A stretch of DNA of 64,000 nucleotides from Rhodothermales bacterium (GTDB lineage: Bacteria; Bacteroidota; Rhodothermia; Rhodothermales; DATKEJ01): NCBI GenBank assembly GCA_965250215.1, contig CBDFNN010000004.1:4443403-4507402 (forward strand), written 5' to 3'. The position numbers and the translations under genes were made by a program. Each line of letters begins with the position of its first letter. Position 1 is the stretch's first letter. Below, piece by piece: positions 57,036-64,000 of the stretch. The notes beneath the pieces are model-generated. The model was not told the DNA's origin and did no database searches. It worked only from the letters and a program-made list of their open reading frames with translations.

Positions 57036-59278
57036 TCAATATCAATTTTTAGTCCCAATGTCGGGACGATGGGCAGTTGATTAATACGCTCATTATTCCA
57101 AACATCGTAGTAAAAAAGATTCCCTCGATTGTAGGCATTTATGAGCCCGGCCAAGAATTTCCCTTTCATCTGATTGAATCTGAAACGTCGTTCCAGAGTG
57201 ACATCTAGACTGTGATAAGCCGGCAAGCGTCCTTTGAATGGCTCACCAAACACAAGCCTATTTTCTCCATCGATTGTATGGAATCCCTGATTGGTTTGTA
57301 TGGGACTTATGTTGTTAAAGAATCCGGAAACCTGTGTAAAAGGCAAACCTGAGCCGTATTGAAAGCGCAGGGCCACGGAATAATTTCCCTTTGTATATCT
57401 GCCGATCAGATTCATGATGTGTCTACGATCATGTGGAGGACGGAATGAATCGGTGCCACTTTGGCCACCTGAAAACTGATATCCTTCGTCATTTGGATTG
57501 TACCAAACTGAGCCGAGGGAGTAGCTCGCAAACATGTAGACCGAGGGTTTGATTACCTCGGCGCGAAACTCAATACCTGAGGCGGTACCAGATCCCTGCT
57601 GCCGGAGCAAGGGATCGCTTGGCATGATCAAGTTTTCCAAAGACTTTCTGTAGACCTCGATGCCCGTGTTAAGCCAGGGAAATAGATTGGCAGACCATGC
57701 TCCAATAAAATGAATAGCTTGGGGAATGCCTTCGAATACTGGGGTTGTTGACCAGACTGTGAAGACGTTGGCTACATCTCGCCTGTCGGCAATTCCCACG
57801 ACCTCTTGCCTGTATAGACCCGTTGCAATGGAGAATAGATGTTGTGAAAGCGGTCCATCCTTGGTCTGATACTCCATTCTCAGCCGGGGTTCGACGGAGA
57901 TGTAGGAGCGACTCGGAAATCCGTGAATGCGGACTCCGGTATTTATGAGAAGATCTGGACCCAGTTTGAATTCACCCTCGGCAAAAATGCCCCCCTCTGT
58001 GATAAACTCTTTGAATGGAAGCTGCTCTGGCAATTGATATCGGAAACTGAGCGATCGAGTAAATATACCCAATCGAAATTCCGTCTCACCTAGTAAATAC
58101 AGGAATCGAATCGAGGCATTGGTGCCGGAGACCGAGGAATATCGATCGGCAAATCCTGCAGGACCAAACTCGTTATTCAATTCAGAATGGGAGACCGATA
58201 GTTCAGTTACAACAGGAAAATCGGCGGGGAGGAAGAAGTATTTCGCACCGACAGCCGAATTGGTCCACTTAGTTCGAGTTGTTTCATCAGAGACGTTGCC
58301 AAGATTTCCTTCGTCGAAGGAGCGAAGAAAGGTGAAAGAGGCGCTACTAGTTTGGTTCAAATAGGCATGCGCCTTGAATAACTGGTCCCCAAATCGATAC
58401 GGCAGCTCCTGGTTGATGAGACCACTTCCCAATCGCTCGATAACGGATTCCCTGGCCGAGGCCAGAAATGAGACTTTGCCTTTGCTGATCGGACCCTCCA
58501 GTCGAATGCTCGAAAGAAAGGGGGCCATGGATACGCCGGCTTTGAAATCCTTTTTGTCTCCATTACGCGAAGCAACATCTATTACAGACGAAAGCCTTCC
58601 CCCATATTGAGCGCTAAATCCTCCAGCGTAGACATCGGCATAGGAGATGACGTCGGAAGGAAAGGCAGAATAAAAGCCGAGAATGTGAAATGGTTGATAG
58701 ACGGGAATGCCATCAATCATAACAAGGTTTTGCGTAGGCGTGCCACCTCTTACAAAAAGCTGTCCACCACGGTCGCCGGACGAAGTGACCCCAGGCATGG
58801 TCAAGAGAGCGGACATTAAATCGCCCGAGACGTCGGGGGTTGGGATTCGATCAAGATCACCGGGCGTAATCGAGCGAACACCTGCAGAAGTAATCCGATT
58901 TCGACTTCCCTCGGCAAAGACCTCAACTGATTCAAGCGCTTCTGTCCCGCCGAAAAGTGTCAATTCTAATCTCTTTTCATCGCCAAAAACCACATTAAGG
59001 GAATCGATTCTCGATTTGTAACCAACAAATGAGGATTTCAAAACATAGTTACCGGGACTCAATCGAGAGAAAAGAAATTCGCCATCGGAATCGCTAACAG
59101 CTCCCAATCGCAATCCACTTTCTGAAGACAATACGACATTTACACCAGGAGCTGGCCAATATTCGCCATCCAAGCGAACAAGGCCTCCGATACTTGCGTA
59201 CTGAGCCGACAAATTAGGCGCAATTATTCCAAGGAACAGTGCGCTTATTATCCAGAAAGTTGTACGGCGAAAGATCAT
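57032..59278 (-). CDS. TonB-dependent receptor with CarboxypepD_reg-like N-terminal domain
   Basis: 748 aa with signal peptide, GGLVRLDGEYWPAPGVNVVL, plug and barrel regions. Confidence 0.85.
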   Translation of the reverse strand: MIFRRTTFWIISALFLGIIAPNLSAQYASIGGLVRLDGEYWPAPGVNVVLSSESGLRLGAVSDSDGEFLFSRLSPGNYVLKSSFVGYKSRIDSLNVVFGDEKRLELTLFGGTEALESVEVFAEGSRNRITSAGVRSITPGDLDRIPTPDVSGDLMSALLTMPGVTSSGDRGGQLFVRGGTPTQNLVMIDGIPVYQPFHILGFYSAFPSDVISYADVYAGGFSAQYGGRLSSVIDVASRNGDKKDFKAGVSMAPFLSSIRLEGPISKGKVSFLASARESVIERLGSGLINQELPYRFGDQLFKAHAYLNQTSSASFTFLRSFDEGNLGNVSDETTRTKWTNSAVGAKYFFLPADFPVVTELSVSHSELNNEFGPAGFADRYSSVSGTNASIRFLYLLGETEFRLGIFTRSLSFRYQLPEQLPFKEFITEGGIFAEGEFKLGPDLLINTGVRIHGFPSRSYISVEPRLRMEYQTKDGPLSQHLFSIATGLYRQEVVGIADRRDVANVFTVWSTTPVFEGIPQAIHFIGAWSANLFPWLNTGIEVYRKSLENLIMPSDPLLRQQGSGTASGIEFRAEVIKPSVYMFASYSLGSVWYNPNDEGYQFSGGQSGTDSFRPPHDRRHIMNLIGRYTKGNYSVALRFQYGSGLPFTQVSGFFNNISPIQTNQGFHTIDGENRLVFGEPFKGRLPAYHSLDVTLERRFRFNQMKGKFLAGLINAYNRGNLFYYDVWNNERINQLPIVPTLGLKIDID

Positions 59279-59331
59279 AAAGAGATAGTGAGCCCTCTAG
59301 CGGCTGGCGGTTACTACTTTCAATAGCATTA

Positions 59332-59715
59332 TTGGATTCTAAATATATGAGTAGGAAGAGTATCGTATTGACGGTAGCAGGACTGTTAGTAGCCTGGGTA
59401 GTGGTGGATGCCCTCGGGGTTTTCGATAACTCGGACTTTACAGCGATTCCTCATGGAAGCCACGACCACTATGTACCAAAAGTTCGCGATGAAGGAATAG
59501 GGGCTGATAATTGCCCTACTCGTGCGCCCGAATCTGACGAATTTATCTCCACACAGTGTCAGATAATTCGTGTCGTTGACAGCCAGGGAATTTCCTACTA
59601 TGTCCCCGACAATATTCAGGCAGGAATTCCATTTGATCAACTCCCAAGCAGAGCACCAGGACCGGGTGAAATAATAACTCCACTTGGCCTACTACAGAAA
59701 GCAGAAAGCCCTTGA
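59332..59715 (+). CDS. hypothetical small membrane-anchored protein
   Basis: 127 aa with an N-terminal TM helix and an HGSHDHY motif. Confidence 0.4.
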   Translation: MDSKYMSRKSIVLTVAGLLVAWVVVDALGVFDNSDFTAIPHGSHDHYVPKVRDEGIGADNCPTRAPESDEFISTQCQIIRVVDSQGISYYVPDNIQAGIPFDQLPSRAPGPGEIITPLGLLQKAESP

Positions 59716-60365
59716 TGCAGATTCGAAACATATTTCTCCTTCTCCTTTGTATTTCTTTTGTCGCTTGTGACGAGTCTGATCCGAAAGAATCAATGGAGAC
59801 TGGATCGGAGATTGCAAACTCGGAAGACTCAATTCCTCAAGATGTTGTCTCAAGCCCTCCTGGCAACGAGACGGCCACGAGATCTCCAAATCGGAGCGCT
59901 CGAGAGCTTAAGAAGGAGCCTGCAGATTTAGTCACGAAATTCCAGTATGCCTATTTTGAGCGGAGATTTGACGACTTCCATTCACTCCTTAGTGAAAAAG
60001 ATCGAAAGGCACGTCCCCTCCGAATAATGGAATCTGAGTTCAACGACATGACACTCGGCGAGGACATTATGACGACCTACATATTGGGCTCAAGCGACTA
60101 TCATGCTGACTCTACCTACACGATATCGCCTGATAGCATCGTAGTATTCGGAGCTTCAACAGCGCCCTTACTTGAAAATGTGCAGCGCGAGGTATCGGTC
60201 GTGCTTAGAGATGTTGGTGAAGACGAAGAGTACGGCATGCTATTGTCCCTGCTCACAGAGCGATTAAAACTTAGAGGCGGTAAAAAAGAAAGACTTAGTA
60301 CGGAGCACCTCGTCGTCCGCGAAAATGGTGTGTGGCGGATACGAGTTGGGTTTGATGCGGAATAG
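59712..60365 (+). CDS. hypothetical lipoprotein
   Basis: MMQIRNIFLLLLCISFVACDE lipobox. 217 aa. Confidence 0.5.
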   Translation: MMQIRNIFLLLLCISFVACDESDPKESMETGSEIANSEDSIPQDVVSSPPGNETATRSPNRSARELKKEPADLVTKFQYAYFERRFDDFHSLLSEKDRKARPLRIMESEFNDMTLGEDIMTTYILGSSDYHADSTYTISPDSIVVFGASTAPLLENVQREVSVVLRDVGEDEEYGMLLSLLTERLKLRGGKKERLSTEHLVVRENGVWRIRVGFDAE

Positions 60366-61875
60366 TCAAGTCCTCATCTTGACTCTTTTTCTGCTGGGCC
60401 TCGCGGCAGACTCCAGCTATGCCCAGTCTGAATGCATCGATGGTGTCGCCGACAATCAATACAGTTGCAAGAATGTTGATCTCCTCGCACATATAGAGAG
60501 GATCGAATTAGCCAGCCTGCTTCCCGGTCAGGAAATTGTCAGACACAACGATATTTGGGGTTGGACGGATAGCTTGAGCGGTCGCGAATTTGTCTTGGCT
60601 TGCAGAGAAAACGGTGTTGCCTTTATTGAAATTAGCGATCCAAGCAATCCAGAATATCTTGGCGATCTCCCTTTCCACATAGACGGAAGAGCATCGCGAT
60701 GGCGGGATATTAAGACTTTTAAGAATTACGCTTACATCGTTGCCGACGGAGCAGGAGATCACGGAGTCCAGATATTCGATTTGAGTCAACTCCTGAACAT
60801 CACAGATCCACCGGTACTTCTGGAGGAAACGGCTCACTACTACGGCCTTGCCTCGGCACATAACATTGTGATCAATGAAGCGAAAGAAACGGCCTATGCC
60901 TCGGGCGTAAGCTCGGGCCAACAGACCTGCGGTGGTGCCTTGCATGTGATGAACCTAAGCGATCCGCTCAATCCGACTTTTAGTGGCTGCGTCCAAGTTG
61001 CCGGTACAGGTATCTTTGGATCTGGATATACCCACGATGCTCAATGCGTCGAATACCAAGGACCGGATCTTGATCACAACTCAGCCTCTATTTGCATTCT
61101 TTTCAGTGAGACATCGATCTCAATAGTAAACGTCGACAATCCAATTGACCCAAGAGTCATCTCGATCATCGAATATCCCCAGGCTCAATACGCCCACCAA
61201 GGCTGGCTCTCGCATGACCACAAAACGCTTTTTGCCGACGACGAGCTTGACGAAATTCGTCTCGGACTCACCAAAACTAGAACGCTGATTTTCGATCTAA
61301 CTGATCTCGACAATCCAGACTTAATCATGGAGCATGAGGGCAGACTCGCAACGATTGATCATAACCAATATGTTCGTGGCGGCTTTCTCTATCAATCGAA
61401 TTACACAAGCGGTCTGACCATCTGGAACGTCTCAGATCCATCAAGTCCTCAACTGGAAGGCTTCTTTGACACCTTCCCTATGGATAATGACGTGAACTTC
61501 AATGGCTCGTGGAGTAACTATCCCTTTTTCCCGAGCGGTACGATCGCGGTCAATGATCGGGACACAGGATTATTCCTTCTCTCAACACCAACGATTGAAC
61601 ACAGTGCGCCAAACAGTTCTTTACTCGTTCAAGACCCTTATCCAAATCCCGCGAGGGATATTGTAAATCTTAGACTAGTCTCCTCAGAAGCTCAGCTAGG
61701 TGAGCTAAGCATCTTCAATATGATGGGCCAAGAAGTCTATCGGACAAAACTGCAGTTGTTTGAAGGCAATAGTCATAGCTATCGAGTTCCCGTAACGGGA
61801 TTTGCAAAAGGAGCCTACATATTGTCTATTAGGACTCAGGACGGGCAGGTGGATTCAAAAGTGATTGTCCAGTAA
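60355..61875 (+). CDS. secreted protein with LVIVD/choice-of-anchor-B-like repeats and T9SS C-terminal sorting domain
   Basis: Signal peptide MRNSQVLILTLFLLGLAADSSYAQS. The C-terminal ~80 aa (YPNPARDIVNLRL...GAYILSIRTQDGQVDSKVIVQ) matches the Por/T9SS CTD pattern. Confidence 0.7.
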   Translation: MRNSQVLILTLFLLGLAADSSYAQSECIDGVADNQYSCKNVDLLAHIERIELASLLPGQEIVRHNDIWGWTDSLSGREFVLACRENGVAFIEISDPSNPEYLGDLPFHIDGRASRWRDIKTFKNYAYIVADGAGDHGVQIFDLSQLLNITDPPVLLEETAHYYGLASAHNIVINEAKETAYASGVSSGQQTCGGALHVMNLSDPLNPTFSGCVQVAGTGIFGSGYTHDAQCVEYQGPDLDHNSASICILFSETSISIVNVDNPIDPRVISIIEYPQAQYAHQGWLSHDHKTLFADDELDEIRLGLTKTRTLIFDLTDLDNPDLIMEHEGRLATIDHNQYVRGGFLYQSNYTSGLTIWNVSDPSSPQLEGFFDTFPMDNDVNFNGSWSNYPFFPSGTIAVNDRDTGLFLLSTPTIEHSAPNSSLLVQDPYPNPARDIVNLRLVSSEAQLGELSIFNMMGQEVYRTKLQLFEGNSHSYRVPVTGFAKGAYILSIRTQDGQVDSKVIVQ

Positions 61876-61894
61876 GGAAGAAAAACGTTTCTTG

Positions 61895-61975
61895 TCTCTC
61901 GTCTCTCGTTCTTTTCGCTACTCCCCCCTCCTCACTCCTCACTGCCCCCTCCTACTCCTCCAATTGCTCTCCTTC
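61895..61975 (+). repeat. tandem mini-repeat tract (TCTCG and CTCCTCA(C) units)
   Basis: tctcgtctctcgttcttttcgctactcccccctcctcactcctcactgccccctcctactcctcc. Overlaps the 3' end of the accC ORF call. Confidence 0.7.
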
Positions 61976-63426
61976 GGAGCACTTACAACCTTAGCTTGCT
62001 TGGTCCCAGTGCCATCTCTCAAGAGCGCGCCAGCAATTACAAAAAGTAATTCGTCTTCCAGCTCAGTTTCCGGCTCGAAGTATTTGTCAACAAACTGTGT
62101 TGTATAGTGACCCTCAACGAAGGCCGGGTGTGCCATAACAAATCGACAAAAACTCAATGTCGTTTCGACACCTGCGATCTGATATTCCGATAGAGCTCGA
62201 GACATCTTAGAAATCGCCCTTTGCCGAGTGGGAGCGTGAACTACAAGTTTTGAAATCATAGGATCGTAGTATCTCGATATTTCCTGCCCCTCTCTAACTC
62301 CGGCCTCAACCCTAACTCCAGGTCCTCCAGGAGCTCGGTGAATTCGCAACGTGCCAGGACTAGGCATAAATCCCGTATTTGGATCCTCCGCATAGATGCG
62401 GCACTCAATCGAATGTCCATTTCTTTCGACCTCGTCTTGACTCAGACTCAAGGGCTTCCCTTCCGCGATGTTGATCTGTTCCCGTACTAGGTCTACACCC
62501 GTAATCTCTTCCGTCACAGGATGCTCCACCTGAAGTCGCGTATTCATCTCCATGAAAAAGAAGTCTTCCTTGTCATCGACAAGAAATTCGATAGTACCAA
62601 CACCCAGATAATCACAAGCTCGAGTCGCTAGAATCGCGGCTTCGCCCATTTTTTGTCGGGTTTCTTCACTCAACCATGAAGATGGGGCCTCCTCGATTAC
62701 CTTTTGATGGCGTCTTTGAATCGAGCATTCTCTCTCCATCAAGTGAATTACATTACCGTGCTGGTCCGCAGCAACTTGGAGCTCAATATGGCGGGGTCGC
62801 TCAAAAAACCGTTCGATGTAGACACGCCCATCGGAAAAAGCGGATTTAGCCTCTCGCTGGGCGGCCTCGATATTCGCCTGCAATTCTGAACCTTCTCGAA
62901 CAATGCGCATGCCCTTCCCTCCTCCTCCAGCTGCGGCCTTGATAAGAATTGGATAGCCGATTTCCTCTACCGCCTCCATGGCTTCCTCAGAATTTGCGAT
63001 TGCGTCCAAGGTCCCAGGTGGAGTTGCTACACCATGCTCGGCCATTAGTAGGCGAGCTTTGGTTTTATCTCCCATGATCCTTATGGATTCTGCGCTGGGT
63101 CCGATGAATATCAATCCAGCAGCTTCACAGGCAGCAGAGAATTCGGCATTCTCTGATAGAAATCCGTAGCCAGGATGAATGGCGTCTGCACCAGCCATTT
63201 TTGCCGCCTCAAGTATCTTATCTACACGGAGGTAGGACTCAGAAGAGGCAGCTGGCCCTATGTTGATCGCCTTGTCCGCCATCAATACATGAGGAGCTTG
63301 GGCGTCGGCGTCGGAATAGACGGCAACACACTCGATACCCATTTCCCTGAGGCTGCGAAATATTCGAATAGCGATCTCTCCGCGGTTGGCGACTAGAACC
63401 GATCCTATTTTATTCTCTTTCTTCAA
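61939..63426 (-). CDS. accC: biotin carboxylase (acetyl-CoA carboxylase subunit)
   Basis: N-terminus IGSVLVANRGEIAIRIFRSLREMGI, ATP-grasp and biotin-carboxylase C-terminal domains. The last ~30 codons are repeat-derived, so the true stop may lie earlier. Confidence 0.85.
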   Translation of the reverse strand: MKKENKIGSVLVANRGEIAIRIFRSLREMGIECVAVYSDADAQAPHVLMADKAINIGPAASSESYLRVDKILEAAKMAGADAIHPGYGFLSENAEFSAACEAAGLIFIGPSAESIRIMGDKTKARLLMAEHGVATPPGTLDAIANSEEAMEAVEEIGYPILIKAAAGGGGKGMRIVREGSELQANIEAAQREAKSAFSDGRVYIERFFERPRHIELQVAADQHGNVIHLMERECSIQRRHQKVIEEAPSSWLSEETRQKMGEAAILATRACDYLGVGTIEFLVDDKEDFFFMEMNTRLQVEHPVTEEITGVDLVREQINIAEGKPLSLSQDEVERNGHSIECRIYAEDPNTGFMPSPGTLRIHRAPGGPGVRVEAGVREGQEISRYYDPMISKLVVHAPTRQRAISKMSRALSEYQIAGVETTLSFCRFVMAHPAFVEGHYTTQFVDKYFEPETELEDELLFVIAGALLRDGTGTKQAKVVSAPKESNWRSRRGQ

Positions 63427-63650
63427 ATTAGCTTATGCAACTCTGCTTGACTTGCCCGTATAGAATTTTGTGCCTTTTGGTAGTATGTTAGCGCCATCCG
63501 GCACACATTATTAATCGTTAGCCAAGCTTGCTGGCAGCGCGATAACAATTTCAGAAACTAGATTATCTACTAGCTAATCCCTAATTCTTATCGGCCAGTA
63601 TTCAATCTTCCACGAGGATTTGTCTCCACCATAATCAATTTGTTAACCCT

Positions 63651-64000
63651 CTGAATCTTCCTGATCACTATAGCACCCTTGGAATAAAGACCTCCGCTCG
63701 GAAGGATGAGATCAAGAAAGCCTATCGGATGAAGGCTAGAGAATGGCATCCAGACCGAAACCCTGACAATCCCAAGGCGGAAGAGGAGTTCAAGCGCGTT
63801 CAAAATGCCTATGAAGTCCTTTCCGACCCCATGAAAAAGGGTCGTTATGATTTGTACCGACGAAATCCCTTTTTTCGAAGCACAGGCCCATCGCAACAGG
63901 ATGAGAGTCACTACGAAGAGAAGGACGGCTTCGATATCGCTTTCGATTTTCTAGATGACCTCTTTGACAAACTCTTCGGAGTCAACGAGAGTCTCTCGGA
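63651..64000 (+). CDS. J-domain (DnaJ-like) protein, partial at the window end
   Basis: DHYSTLGIKTSARKDEIKKAYRMKAREWHPDRNPDN...FKRVQNAYEVLSDP, with the HPD motif. There is no in-frame ATG between the upstream stop at 63582 and the J domain, so the start is unclear. Confidence 0.6.
   Translation, partial: MNLPDHYSTLGIKTSARKDEIKKAYRMKAREWHPDRNPDNPKAEEEFKRVQNAYEVLSDPMKKGRYDLYRRNPFFRSTGPSQQDESHYEEKDGFDIAFDFLDDLFDKLFGVNESLS

Noticed and set aside
63588-63911. 107-aa minus-strand ORF
   Set aside because: It is antisense to a well-conserved J-domain coding sequence on the plus strand.

Overview
This 64 kb window reads as chromosomal DNA from a Bacteroidota/Balneolota-like marine bacterium. The evidence is T9SS C-terminal sorting domains, two CarboxypepD_reg-type TonB-dependent receptors (one followed by a DUF4249-like lipoprotein), a Y_Y_Y beta-propeller sensor kinase and lipoprotein signal peptides. 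Coding density is high, with about 60 genes. They are mostly housekeeping or envelope genes: CaCA antiporter, PepT, ArsM, AceK, GH5, an RNase H-DapD fusion, M16 peptidase, flotillin/NfeD, patatin, GMC oxidoreductase, OsmC, IMPase, HtrA, ChlI-like ATPase, GT2 and AccC. Two things stand out. First, there is a candidate RiPP-like module: a 37-aa ORF translationally coupled to a PqqE-like radical SAM/SPASM enzyme, sitting next to a His/Cys-rich membrane protein and a TonB receptor. Second, there are several dispersed short repeat families in intergenic regions. One of them flanks a four-helix-bundle gene as direct repeats. Another forms conserved hairpins on either side of a two-gene unit. Gene decay is also visible: a frameshifted esterase, an M16 peptidase with an in-frame TAG, and GH92, amine-oxidase and FG-GAP remnants. 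No rRNA, tRNA or CRISPR array was recognised, and no transposase or integrase genes were seen.
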